DNA of 64,000 nt. Origin: Patescibacteria group bacterium (GTDB lineage: Bacteria > Patescibacteriota > Microgenomatia > UBA10105 > UBA927). The translations under genes were made by a program, and so were the position numbers. Numbering within the stretch: position 1 is the first letter of the stretch; each line of letters starts with the position of its first letter. Below are positions 29,875-39,593 of this stretch, piece by piece. The notes beneath the pieces are model-generated. The model worked only from the letters and a program-made list of their open reading frames with translations. It was not told where the DNA came from and did no database searches. The DNA lies in contig DATKGN010000002.1 in NCBI GenBank assembly GCA_035510735.1, positions 125,118 to 189,117 of the forward strand, in the 5' to 3' direction.

Positions 29875-31665
29875 TTATCGGCTGGCACGAAGCGCATTAA
29901 ATATGACGCTCACATCAATAGCTTCCTGGATAAATGCACCCAAAAGCGGTGGAATCATGCCGAGCGCCGCCAAAATCATCCCGATGATGCTTAAGCCGAT
30001 ACCGACCCAAATACTCTGAAGCGCAATTGCGATTGTCCGCCGTGCAATCGTGAGCGATTCAAGGACGACCGAAAAGCTTCCGCCCAAAAACACGAGGTCA
30101 GCCGCCTCGGAGGCCGCCGTTTGCTCCTCATTACTGAAAACCATTCCGACGTCGGCGGACGCTAGAGCGGGCGCATCGTTAATCCCGTCCCCGACCATAG
30201 CCGTCACCCGTCCAAGCTGACGCAAATGCTTAATACCGTTCATCTTATCCTGAGGTGTGCATTCCGTTTTTATATCGATATCTAATCCGAGCGATTTGAC
30301 AACCTCCTGGGCTGTTTCTTTTTTGTCCCCGGTAAATATGGATAAATGAAGTCCCCAGGCATGAAGTTGTGAGAGAATTTTACGCGACTCCGGCTTAATC
30401 CGGTCCTCAAACTGGATAACGGCGATACGCCTCCGGCCCTCCCGGAGTTCAATACCGTATCCAACTGATTCTTTCACCTTTGAAAGGACATAGTGATGGT
30501 TGTCGATGGTGCCGAGTATTCCGTAGCCTATTTTTTCAGACACGCCGCGCGCGACCAAATGCTTCACCGTGCGGCTCCTTGCTTCCATAACGATAGCTTT
30601 TGCAAACGGATGTAAACTATTGCGTTCTATGGCTTCGCTCATTGCCAGTATCTGATTCTCCGTATACTTCTTATTCTTGATGATGACCCCGGATACCTGC
30701 GGTTTACCCAGCGTAATCGTCCCCGTCTTATCAAACATAATATCGGTTACCCGCGAAAGCGTCTCGATACTTGAAAGGGTTTTGACAATCACTTTACGCC
30801 GCGCGAGCGCATTCATGCCGCCGATAAGAGCAATCGGCGTTGCAAGAATAAGCGGACACGGGGTGGCGATGACGAGAACAGCAAGGACATGGTGGATATT
30901 ACCTGAAACGAGATAGGCCGCTCCGGCAAGCAAAAGGGTAACTAGGGTAAAAATACTGCTGTAGCGGTCGGCAATGCGGACAAGCGGCGATTGTGCTTCT
31001 TGCGCCTGACGCACCATATCAATAATTTTCCGGTACGTGGAATCTTTATCAGACTGGGTAACGCGGACAATCATAGGCCGCCTGATATTGATCGTGCCGC
31101 TACGAATCTGATCACCAAGAAGTTTCTCCATTTCGTAGGGTTCTCCTGTTAGCGATGATTCATCCGCCATGCCGTCCTCACTGACGAGAATGCCATCAAG
31201 CGGAATGACCTCACCTTTCCGGACGAAAATCTGCTCCCCTACCGCAACCTCGCTGATTTTTACCTTTTTTCCGATGTCATTATCCTTCCAAAGCAAAACA
31301 CTATCGGGAATCCGGCTGGTGAGAGCCGTCAGTGATTTTTTGGCCCGGGAAACCGCATATTTCTCAAGCGCCTCTCCGCCCGCAAGCATGAGGACGATAA
31401 CGGCAGCAACTAAAAATTCACCGGAAATAAGACCGGTCGTGATCGCAAGAAGAGCGATGTAATCAAGAGCAAACTGCCTATGTATGAGTGCAACGATAGC
31501 GTCACGCACCTGATCGATGCACCCGAAGAGGATAGCGACAACAATAACCGCATCGGCGAAAAACCAGTTATGAAACCCATACAGAAGAATAAGATACGCA
31601 ATAATACCCAGTACTTCAATTGCGGGCAATAAAAACAGGGTAATAAATTGTCTATACCGTTTCAT
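29875..31665 (-). CDS. P1B-type (PCP-motif, P1B-5-like) metal-translocating P-type ATPase
   Basis: DKTGTIT, TGDKKETA, GDGINDAPAL; TM6 ATPCPLILATP (a PCP rather than CPC motif); no N-terminal metal-binding domain; start moved to MKRYRQ (the 130-codon upstream extension looks non-coding). Confidence 0.8.
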   Translation of the reverse strand: MKRYRQFITLFLLPAIEVLGIIAYLILLYGFHNWFFADAVIVVAILFGCIDQVRDAIVALIHRQFALDYIALLAITTGLISGEFLVAAVIVLMLAGGEALEKYAVSRAKKSLTALTSRIPDSVLLWKDNDIGKKVKISEVAVGEQIFVRKGEVIPLDGILVSEDGMADESSLTGEPYEMEKLLGDQIRSGTINIRRPMIVRVTQSDKDSTYRKIIDMVRQAQEAQSPLVRIADRYSSIFTLVTLLLAGAAYLVSGNIHHVLAVLVIATPCPLILATPIALIGGMNALARRKVIVKTLSSIETLSRVTDIMFDKTGTITLGKPQVSGVIIKNKKYTENQILAMSEAIERNSLHPFAKAIVMEARSRTVKHLVARGVSEKIGYGILGTIDNHHYVLSKVKESVGYGIELREGRRRIAVIQFEDRIKPESRKILSQLHAWGLHLSIFTGDKKETAQEVVKSLGLDIDIKTECTPQDKMNGIKHLRQLGRVTAMVGDGINDAPALASADVGMVFSNEEQTAASEAADLVFLGGSFSVVLESLTIARRTIAIALQSIWVGIGLSIIGMILAALGMIPPLLGAFIQEAIDVSVIFNALRASR

Positions 31666-31774
31666 AGAAATCTTCCCTAGTATAGAATTGACGCCGCGCG
31701 TTGTCCATACACACCAGGAGCGCACCCGCACCGAATTGACAAGACTTTGATCTCGTGGAACAATACAAGTACAT

Positions 31775-32173
31775 ATGTTTCGAAATAAGAATGTATGGCT
31801 TTTGGGAAGCGTAGGACTTATTGTTATTGCGATCGGACTCGTTGCGATTCTTGATAGAACGAGCTCCCCGGGTAATTCTCCAAATGATGTACGAGCCAGG
31901 GCCGCCACCGCAAATACGCTCCAGTTCAACGGTACAGTGAGCGTTGTCAATGAAACCAAAGGAACAGTCGTTATTTCCGATTTATATTTTGCAAGCGTCA
32001 GCCGTTCGGGCGATGCGACGAATCTGGGGACATGGACCGTGACGGCGCCGCCCAATTTTGATTACACAACAATTTCGCAGGGAGCAAATGTTGTGGTAGG
32101 CATTGACGCAAAAACATTTCTTGCAACATCGCATACGTTGACGGCAATTACGCTTGTCCCCGGTACAAGATAA
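31775..32173 (+). CDS. hypothetical N-terminally anchored protein (132 aa)
   Basis: Single N-terminal TM helix then a Thr/Val-rich beta-like domain; divergent from the ATPase. Confidence 0.4.
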   Translation: MFRNKNVWLLGSVGLIVIAIGLVAILDRTSSPGNSPNDVRARAATANTLQFNGTVSVVNETKGTVVISDLYFASVSRSGDATNLGTWTVTAPPNFDYTTISQGANVVVGIDAKTFLATSHTLTAITLVPGTR

Positions 32174-32179
32174 TCTTCA

Positions 32180-34438
32180 TTATCCGAACGGAAAGTTATC
32201 CCCAGATTGAACAACCTTTTCGCGGCCGTTCCGTATAAGATGAACCATCCCAACGCCTAATACTTGAGACTCGTGCCGGGTCACATCGACGACGCATGCT
32301 GTTTGTTCATCAATCCCCAGTATCGTCATCCCGCCGGGCAACAGACTAACAAGCTTCTCAAACCGGCTGACCCCCATATAGCAGCGCGTCGTATCAAAGT
32401 CCTCCCCCTCCTGATTATTCCAGTGCGGGATAATGACCACGTTGGGAATCCATTGTTTAAACAGATTTATTCCCGCTATCCAATGCAGCTCCTCCCCTAC
32501 TTTAAATATTTCATAGACGGGAAGGACCTGCGCGCCCACGGCCATCGCGGTAGCTGACCCCAGACAGACGGTCATTCCGGTTTGAAACGCTTTTTCAATA
32601 TTGTGAGCCGCGCGCGAACCCTTGAGGTGCTTTACCGTATAACCGGGAGAACCGGCCCCGCAGTAGAGATAGTCTTCATGGAGAATTGAATCCACAGTTG
32701 CAGGATCATTTGTAGAATTTTGGCCGTCACAACGCCATGCACGAATTCTCGTAATCTCAGGCTTTATATTGATGAGTTTCGTCTTGAAAAATTGCTCCAT
32801 CCGCTCGGGCCACCCGTGAATCGCATTCACTTCAAAGCCTGTCGGTGTTTCAAGGATGCCGATCTTCACTCCGGCCGTTAATCCAGCCTGCTTTATTACC
32901 GTCTCATGAATTTTTCTTCCGGTCGGAGACATCTCGCCGGAGCCAAATAGGACAATTAGACCTGGTTCCCCGCGACGGAGTTTATCCTGAGCATTGCCGA
33001 AGGACTCGGGGTGAAAAATTGATTTGTTTGTCAATTTTTCATTTTTTTTTACGCGGATTCCTTGTGGAGTATCTTCAATGACGTACCCTTTGTCTTCAAT
33101 TTCGCGGCGGACGGCATCGGCATCGGCAAACCGTTTTTCCTTGCGAAGTGCTTCGCGCTTTGCCAATAAATCAGAAATTTCCTTTGGCACCGCAACTTCT
33201 TCGCTTTTGGCACTGGCAAGATCAAGTCCTAATACGCCATCGAATGATATGAGCAAATCATACCGCTCTTTTGGACTTAAGGATTGTGCCCGTATAACCT
33301 CCCAAACCACTGCAAGAGCTCTGGGAATATTTAAATTATCTTCGAGTGTTTCTTTGAATTTTTGTACGAATTCCTGCCGCAGCGGCGTCTGGTCTTTTGA
33401 TGCAAAAGATTCGCTTCTTAAGGCTGCGACAGCACTAATCAGTTCGTGTCGTGCGTTTTTGGACGCATCAAGCGCTGTCCAGGTGAAGTTGAGAAATGCC
33501 CGGTAATGTGCAGTCAGATAGAGATACCTAAGGTCTAACGGATCGTAACCCTTAGATTCAATATCTGCTAACCGGTAAAAATTCCCTTTGCTTTTGGCCA
33601 TCTTGGCGCCGTCAACCATGATGAATTGCCCGTGCACCCAATACCGCACAAACGGAGATTTGCCGGAAGCGGCTTCCGACTGGGCAATCTCATTGGTATT
33701 ATGAATGGGAATAAGATCAGCGCCGCCGGTGTGGATGTCGATCTGATCGCCTAAATGCTTTTTACTCATCGCGGAACATTCGATATGCCAGCCGGGAAAT
33801 CCCACACCCCACGGGCTCTCCCACTCCATATCCCGTTTCGGTCCTTTCGGGGAAAATTTCCAAAGGGCGAAATCGGTCGGATTCTTCTTCTGCGGATTTG
33901 GTTCTACGCGTGCGCCTTCCTTAAGTTCATCAAGGCTTTGACCCGTTAATTTTCCGTAGTCTTTAAATTTACTGGTGTCGAAATAGATCCCGTCATCAAT
34001 CTTGTAGGCGAATCCTTTAGAAAGGAGCATTTCTACCATAGCGATTTGCTCGGCAATGTGTTCGGTCGGCTTCGGCCGGACATCCGGGTCCAGGAGATTC
34101 AACTTCTTACTGTCCGCCAAAAACGCATCGGTGTAAAATCTCGCGATGTCCCACGCGGTTTTCCCCTCACGTTTGGCGCCCTTTTCCATCTTATCTTCAC
34201 CGCTATCGGAATCGGAAACAAGGTGGCCGACATCGGTAATATTGGAAACGTATTTAACCGGATACCCCAGGTATTTAATCGTCCGTACCAGAAGATCCGA
34301 CATTGTATACGTCCGGAAGTTGCCGATATGCGCATAGTCATACACCGTCGGGCCGCAGCAATAGACCGTTACCAATTTCGGATCTCTTGGAGTAAATGTT
34401 TCAACTTTTTTCCCTAATGTATTGAAGAGTCTGAGCAT
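32180..34438 (-). CDS. cysS: cysteinyl-tRNA synthetase fused to a ~290-aa C-terminal domain (peptidase S51/GATase1-like?)
   Basis: VYCCGPTVYDYAHIGN (HIGH), KMAKSKGN (KMSKS), Cys ligands; the CysRS core ends at about aa 465; the extension has GSGE and CLGSATAMA motifs. Confidence 0.85.
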   Translation of the reverse strand: MLRLFNTLGKKVETFTPRDPKLVTVYCCGPTVYDYAHIGNFRTYTMSDLLVRTIKYLGYPVKYVSNITDVGHLVSDSDSGEDKMEKGAKREGKTAWDIARFYTDAFLADSKKLNLLDPDVRPKPTEHIAEQIAMVEMLLSKGFAYKIDDGIYFDTSKFKDYGKLTGQSLDELKEGARVEPNPQKKNPTDFALWKFSPKGPKRDMEWESPWGVGFPGWHIECSAMSKKHLGDQIDIHTGGADLIPIHNTNEIAQSEAASGKSPFVRYWVHGQFIMVDGAKMAKSKGNFYRLADIESKGYDPLDLRYLYLTAHYRAFLNFTWTALDASKNARHELISAVAALRSESFASKDQTPLRQEFVQKFKETLEDNLNIPRALAVVWEVIRAQSLSPKERYDLLISFDGVLGLDLASAKSEEVAVPKEISDLLAKREALRKEKRFADADAVRREIEDKGYVIEDTPQGIRVKKNEKLTNKSIFHPESFGNAQDKLRRGEPGLIVLFGSGEMSPTGRKIHETVIKQAGLTAGVKIGILETPTGFEVNAIHGWPERMEQFFKTKLINIKPEITRIRAWRCDGQNSTNDPATVDSILHEDYLYCGAGSPGYTVKHLKGSRAAHNIEKAFQTGMTVCLGSATAMAVGAQVLPVYEIFKVGEELHWIAGINLFKQWIPNVVIIPHWNNQEGEDFDTTRCYMGVSRFEKLVSLLPGGMTILGIDEQTACVVDVTRHESQVLGVGMVHLIRNGREKVVQSGDNFPFG

Positions 34439-34453
34439 GGAGTAAGCTTACTA

Positions 34454-35356
34454 TTAAATCTTCAACTTTTCAACGCCGATGCCGGCCGCAATAATAAGTA
34501 GTCCGCCAAAAATCTGGATAAGCGTGAGTGACTCCCCGAGAAACGAAAACGCCAATACCGACACGATAACCGGCGTCAATGAAAAAATCATGGTAACAAA
34601 TGACGCGGACGACTCCTTAAGCGCCCGGTAACGGAACGTCGTAATAAGAATTTGACATATCGTTAGGGCAATGATGAGCGGGATCCCTGACGGGATGACC
34701 AAGGCATGTTGCCACCACGTGACGATGAGAAGCGGAATGAATCCCAACAGCGTGCTTACCGACGCTGCAACATCACTGTGAACAATTTTCGCAGCTATTC
34801 GGCCCAACACATTATTTCCCAAACTGATAAGCAATGCCTCAGTAATGGTGAGTATGTCGCCGGTTGATAGAGACAGTACACGTCCTTTTGTGGTAAGAAA
34901 ATACGACCCGACAAGTATAACGACTGCAAGAATAATTTTCTTTTTCGTTAACGGTTCCTTAAGGAAAATATATGCTTCAAGAATGGTAAAAAGTATAACC
35001 GTCCGAATGAGAAATGAATAATTTACGGCAGGACTGTATGTCAACGCATAAACTTCCGTAATAGTGACGCCGACAGAACTCACAAGAGCAATACCCAACA
35101 AAACTCCCCACGCTTTTGCATTCAACGATCTAATATCCCGTCTAAATTGAAACGCCTTTATCATCCAATACGGCAACTCAAATATTGAAGCCCAAATAGC
35201 GACGGTCAGCGTGAGATTTGACGTTTGGTGTAAAAGAATCCGTTCGAGAATAATCGCGATTGCCCAAACGATTGCTGCAATTGTGGCGTACCGGAATCCT
35301 GAGCTCATATACTTATAATGTAACCGCCTTCGGTAATGAGTAATTAAATTGTTCAA
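34454..35356 (-). CDS. EamA/DMT-family transporter
   Basis: 10 TM helices in two 5-TM halves. Confidence 0.65.
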   Translation of the reverse strand: MNNLITHYRRRLHYKYMSSGFRYATIAAIVWAIAIILERILLHQTSNLTLTVAIWASIFELPYWMIKAFQFRRDIRSLNAKAWGVLLGIALVSSVGVTITEVYALTYSPAVNYSFLIRTVILFTILEAYIFLKEPLTKKKIILAVVILVGSYFLTTKGRVLSLSTGDILTITEALLISLGNNVLGRIAAKIVHSDVAASVSTLLGFIPLLIVTWWQHALVIPSGIPLIIALTICQILITTFRYRALKESSASFVTMIFSLTPVIVSVLAFSFLGESLTLIQIFGGLLIIAAGIGVEKLKI

Positions 35357-37136
35357 TACTCTTCCATTGGTCCGTTGTTATGTGTGGTATTTTATTGTTT
35401 TTTATATACAGACAGGACGGCGCATTATCGTGATCGAGCCGAACGTAAAGATACGCTAATTGAGGCGGCATCGTGGTAAATTCGTTCGATTTCCCCCAGC
35501 ACCGGCCGTAAAAAAAGACCGGAGGATCCTTTTTGAGCATTTCATCGCGCGCTTTTGTATACACCGTAAAATACGGCATGAGCGATGTATACCAGCTGTA
35601 CGGGTAATCGGAATACCTGCCAGCCTGCCAGTAAATAAGATCATCCTGACCGTCAAGGAATAGGGTGTCAGCGGGATTGGATAATAACCGTACCGTTTCT
35701 CCGACGACATAATATTGATTGTAATTTGTCGTGAACTCCGTTTGCCGGTCAACCTGTTCATGAAGATAGGATGCGGGCGACACAAGCGCATATACCGATA
35801 ATCCCAAAAATACCGCCCCGCCGATAAGAGAAATCCATCGTACATTTCTGTACTGCCATACTTTTACCAACAGGCTCAGAACGGTGAATATGACCAGCGC
35901 ATACCACTCTATATGATGAAACGTGCCGTAATAGAGACTTCCGGGGATAATCGTCCTAATGTTTGCGAGTGTTAACACAGCAAGCGCAATAATGACGCCT
36001 GATATATTTTTCGATTTCACCAATACCAAAATTCCAAATAAAATAAGTAATGCCATGAGGCCTGCTTCCACCTCACGAAATAGATTCCAATTCCCTTCAT
36101 AAAATACCTGCAGTGGATATAAAAAAACACTCCACGTTCCCCCGCTTTGAGCAGCAACCTGCGTGGCTTCGATAGTGATGTTATGTTCATTAACCGTAAA
36201 CACGTTAAACATAAAATCGTTTATGCCAAAGTACGTAACAGAAGCGAGTGACATAAGAAAAAGAAGTATTCCCGACCACCAAATCCAGACAGTTTTTCTC
36301 ATAAACCAGAGCATTACGGCAAATAGCATAAGAACGAGCGGAATATACGGTTCGCGGGTAAATACGACAAACCATGTAAATATGGTTGCGAGAAATACTT
36401 CGAAGGGTGACACGCGCTTCTTTTGCAAAAATTCCCACACAAGACCCCACAAATACACGACCGGGTAGACGATGATGGGCTCGGCCAAAAACCGGTCGCC
36501 GAAAATAAACCCTTTTGTCGATTCAAAGAGAATGGCAAATCCGAATCCGACAACGCCAAACCGTAGTGTGAGGAAGATGTCAGCAATAATGGACAGATAA
36601 ATCATAAACATCCGGTGCTGGTAAATAAGCATGTAGATGGAATCCGGTTTCGTCAGGTGCTGGATAAGGGCGCTTATGTAGGCCATCGACGGCATGTGGT
36701 TAAAGAAAATTTCAGAGAACATCTTTTTGCCGTGAAGGAGGAAATACCCGCCCATCATGTTATTGCAGTCGTCGAAACACCCGAATGCACCGATCCGGTC
36801 GCGGTAAATTGAACGAAGATATATCCATAACGGGATGAGGAGAAAAACGAAAAGCAATCTTAGGGAGAAGCGCTTTGGTCGCTGCGCCTTTTGTGCGCAT
36901 CCGTCAGTGCTTGAGTCGCGGGTGACGCGGGACGGAGGGCCTCCACCGGCCGGGGTCCCCTTCGTGGGTGGCCGTGGAGGAAAACCCGCGGCAGGACCCG
37001 CACTCTGATCTTGCGCAGTGACGGTGCTGACAAAACGTGCAGCTCCCCGCGCTTCTCTGTTCTTTTGATTATTCTGAATATTAATCCTGTCTAACGTTGC
37101 GGTTTTCCGTCGCGGTTTGTTTGGCTTTTTTGCCAT
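35313..37136 (-). CDS. large polytopic membrane protein with a basic low-complexity N-terminal tail
   Basis: More than 10 TM helices plus a C-terminal soluble domain; start chosen at MAKKPNKPRRK; the ORF-track extension overlaps the upstream gene. Confidence 0.5.
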   Translation of the reverse strand: MAKKPNKPRRKTATLDRINIQNNQKNREARGAARFVSTVTAQDQSAGPAAGFPPRPPTKGTPAGGGPPSRVTRDSSTDGCAQKAQRPKRFSLRLLFVFLLIPLWIYLRSIYRDRIGAFGCFDDCNNMMGGYFLLHGKKMFSEIFFNHMPSMAYISALIQHLTKPDSIYMLIYQHRMFMIYLSIIADIFLTLRFGVVGFGFAILFESTKGFIFGDRFLAEPIIVYPVVYLWGLVWEFLQKKRVSPFEVFLATIFTWFVVFTREPYIPLVLMLFAVMLWFMRKTVWIWWSGILLFLMSLASVTYFGINDFMFNVFTVNEHNITIEATQVAAQSGGTWSVFLYPLQVFYEGNWNLFREVEAGLMALLILFGILVLVKSKNISGVIIALAVLTLANIRTIIPGSLYYGTFHHIEWYALVIFTVLSLLVKVWQYRNVRWISLIGGAVFLGLSVYALVSPASYLHEQVDRQTEFTTNYNQYYVVGETVRLLSNPADTLFLDGQDDLIYWQAGRYSDYPYSWYTSLMPYFTVYTKARDEMLKKDPPVFFYGRCWGKSNEFTTMPPQLAYLYVRLDHDNAPSCLYIKNNKIPHITTDQWKSIEQFNYSLPKAVTL

Positions 37137-37587
37137 ACAGATCTCCTCGCGGGCGCTTACTTGTGGCCATCGGCAGCGATTGAGCCGACTGCTGCGCCTG
37201 ATTTTGGGCAAGCACGTTTTTTTTCTGTTCCTGCTCCTGCTGTAGTCGTTCCCAGATGGACGGCTCTTTCTTCTTTGCGATGGCGCCGCTTGTGAGCTCC
37301 TCAAGAGCCCGACGCGCCATATGGCGCTTCACTGCCTGGTCATTTTCCCCGTCAATCTGCTCCCAGGCTGTAGCCGGCTTTCCACCCTCTCCGGGAGTCC
37401 CTGACGTCACGACCGTTTGTCCTTTGGAATTTTTCGAACTTGAAGTTCCGAGGCTTTCGAGCGCCTTCCCTGCAATATCTTTGGGAACTTTTGCAACCTC
37501 CGTGCCGATCTGTTTGCCGATCTGACCGAGCTCAGAGATTATTGATCCGCCGATATTGCCGCTGTCTGCCATAATTCCTCTTGTCAC
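37081..37587 (-). CDS. hypothetical low-complexity (G/Q/K-rich) protein
   Basis: ORF; coiled/low-complexity composition. Confidence 0.4.
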   Translation of the reverse strand: MTRGIMADSGNIGGSIISELGQIGKQIGTEVAKVPKDIAGKALESLGTSSSKNSKGQTVVTSGTPGEGGKPATAWEQIDGENDQAVKRHMARRALEELTSGAIAKKKEPSIWERLQQEQEQKKNVLAQNQAQQSAQSLPMATSKRPRGDLYGKKAKQTATENRNVRQD

Positions 37588-37590
37588 AAC

Positions 37591-37893
37591 TTAGGAAAAC
37601 CCGAGCTGCATTTTCGCCTCTTCACTCATTGTATCAGGTGTCCACGGCGGATCAAAGGTAAGTTCTACCTCAACTTTCTTCACTCCCTTGATGGCACCGA
37701 CCGTATCTTTAATAGGCTCAGCTATCTGATCAAAGAGCGGGCATCCGAGGGTCGTTAAAGTCATCACAACTCTGACATTACCCTTTTTATCAATTTCAAT
37801 TCTATAAATGAGCCCGAGCTGTAAAATGGAAACTCCGATCTCAGGATCCGGAATTTTGTCTAGCACAGACTCGACCTGTTTTTTCGTTACCAT
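37591..37893 (-). CDS. DUF59/MIP18-family Fe-S cluster assembly protein
   Basis: 100 aa, conserved Cys in TLTTLGCPLFDQI. Confidence 0.65.
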   Translation of the reverse strand: MVTKKQVESVLDKIPDPEIGVSILQLGLIYRIEIDKKGNVRVVMTLTTLGCPLFDQIAEPIKDTVGAIKGVKKVEVELTFDPPWTPDTMSEEAKMQLGFS

Positions 37894-37895
37894 AG

Positions 37896-38561
37896 TTAAT
37901 ATTCCGTACGGCCTTCAAGCGCACGGCGCAGCGTCACTTCATCGGCATATTCAATGTCTGCTCCGACCGGAAGCCCGTGGGCTAGGCGCGTCACTTTAAT
38001 TTTATGGTTATTATTGTTACTTGTTACTTTGTTAATTTGTTTATGTATGTACATTGCCGTTGCCTCCCCCTCCATATTGGGGTTCATGGCTAAGATAACC
38101 TCGGCAACTTTTGATGAATCTGCGGCCACCCGCTTTACCAAATCCTCAATATAGATCTCATCCGGACCGATATTATTTAAAGGATCTATGGCGCCGTGAA
38201 GCACGTGATAGACACCGTTAAAGTGCCCGGTCCGTTCAATGGAGAGGACATCACTCGGACTCTCGACGACACAAATAATCGTATGATCGCGCGACGGATT
38301 ATCGCAGATGATGCACGGATCCTGTTCGGCAACGTTCTTACAAATGCCGCAGAGAATCGTATCTTTTTTTAGGCCCGATAAACTTTTGGCGAATAAGTCG
38401 AGGTCTTCCTGCGGAACGTGAAGAAGATAAAACGCAAGCCGCTGGGCGGTTTTTGGTCCTACGCCCGGCAGACGCTCAAACGACTCAATAACCCGCGAAA
38501 CCGCTTTCGGAAGAATTGCCATCTTGTTATTTGTCATCGCGAATCCCGATACGATCGGCAT
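37896..38561 (-). CDS. recR: recombination protein RecR
   Basis: HhH LPGVGPKTAQRLAFYLL, C4 zinc finger CGICKNV...CIICDN, Toprim domain. Confidence 0.9.
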   Translation of the reverse strand: MPIVSGFAMTNNKMAILPKAVSRVIESFERLPGVGPKTAQRLAFYLLHVPQEDLDLFAKSLSGLKKDTILCGICKNVAEQDPCIICDNPSRDHTIICVVESPSDVLSIERTGHFNGVYHVLHGAIDPLNNIGPDEIYIEDLVKRVAADSSKVAEVILAMNPNMEGEATAMYIHKQINKVTSNNNNHKIKVTRLAHGLPVGADIEYADEVTLRRALEGRTEY

Positions 38562-38636
38562 GTGGCGATCTCATATAAATATTGTGTTTGGATTGCTTCG
38601 CCGTGTGAACGGTCTCGCAATGACAATATAGTAATT

Positions 38637-39551
38637 TTACCTTACCAGCGTTGAAATTGCATTGGCGATCAAAGGAGCGATAGAGACCGTATGCAACTTA
38701 TCGAATTTTTTGTCCCCGATGATATCAATCGAGTTGGTGACGATGATTTTATCAATCGGCGCATGGGACAACTTTTCAACCGCTTCACCGGCTAGTACGC
38801 CGTGAGTAGCAAGCGCGATCACACTTGTCGCCCCCGCCTGCCGGAGAGACTCAGCCGCCTGTACCGTTGTACCGCCCGTTGAAATAATATCATCGATAAT
38901 GATCGCTGTTTTATCATTGACGTCGCCTATGATCTGATAGGTTTCGCTCGTATCATGCTTATCCAGGAATCTCCGCTTTTCCATAACGACCATTGGAAGA
39001 TCAAGCGCATAGGCCAAATTGCGGGCACGCTTGACTCCGCCGACATCGGGTGAGATCACAACGCCGTTTTGAATGTTCATCTTCTTGATCTCGTCCGCTA
39101 ATACCTGAAGGGCAGAAATATGCATAACAGGGATCTGGAAAAATCCCACAATGGCATCATTATGAAGATCGACGCAGATAATCTCATCAAACATGCTGAC
39201 TTCCAAGAATTTCGCAATCACGCGCGCGGAGACCGGCTCGCCCAACCGATGGAGCTTATCCTGACGGGAATATCCCATATACGGGATAACGGCAATGACG
39301 GCCCGGGGCGCACAACGGCGGATCGCGTCTCCCATAAGGACCATCTCCATAATGTGCTCATCCATGGGGAAGGAAAAAGACTCAAGAACGATAACTGTTT
39401 TATCCCGTATATCATCCTGAATCCACGGCCGGAGCTCGCCATCCGCAAACCGCGTTAAGTCAACGTGACCAAGCGTTATATGGAGGGATTTTGCGACTTC
39501 ATGCGCAAGAGGTAAATTACTGGAACCGGCATACAAAATAAAGTCTTTCAT
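38637..39551 (-). CDS. prs: ribose-phosphate pyrophosphokinase
   Basis: 304 aa, PRPP-binding IIDDIISTGGT, DLHNDAIVGFF. Confidence 0.9.
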   Translation of the reverse strand: MKDFILYAGSSNLPLAHEVAKSLHITLGHVDLTRFADGELRPWIQDDIRDKTVIVLESFSFPMDEHIMEMVLMGDAIRRCAPRAVIAVIPYMGYSRQDKLHRLGEPVSARVIAKFLEVSMFDEIICVDLHNDAIVGFFQIPVMHISALQVLADEIKKMNIQNGVVISPDVGGVKRARNLAYALDLPMVVMEKRRFLDKHDTSETYQIIGDVNDKTAIIIDDIISTGGTTVQAAESLRQAGATSVIALATHGVLAGEAVEKLSHAPIDKIIVTNSIDIIGDKKFDKLHTVSIAPLIANAISTLVR

Positions 39552-39593
39552 TTTAATTTGTCATCCCTTCTATGCCACTATACTACTCCCAAA

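Noticed and set aside
31666-32055. 130-codon N-terminal extension of the P-type ATPase ORF
   Set aside because: It overlaps the divergent ORF 31775-32173, has no TM/ATPase features, and a good internal start (MKRYRQ) precedes the first TM helix; treated as non-coding
37081-37136. Possible frameshift between the low-complexity protein 37081-37587 and the large membrane protein
   Set aside because: The two reading frames overlap by ~55 nt but have distinct compositions and plausible independent starts; there is no evidence from sequence alone for a single fused gene
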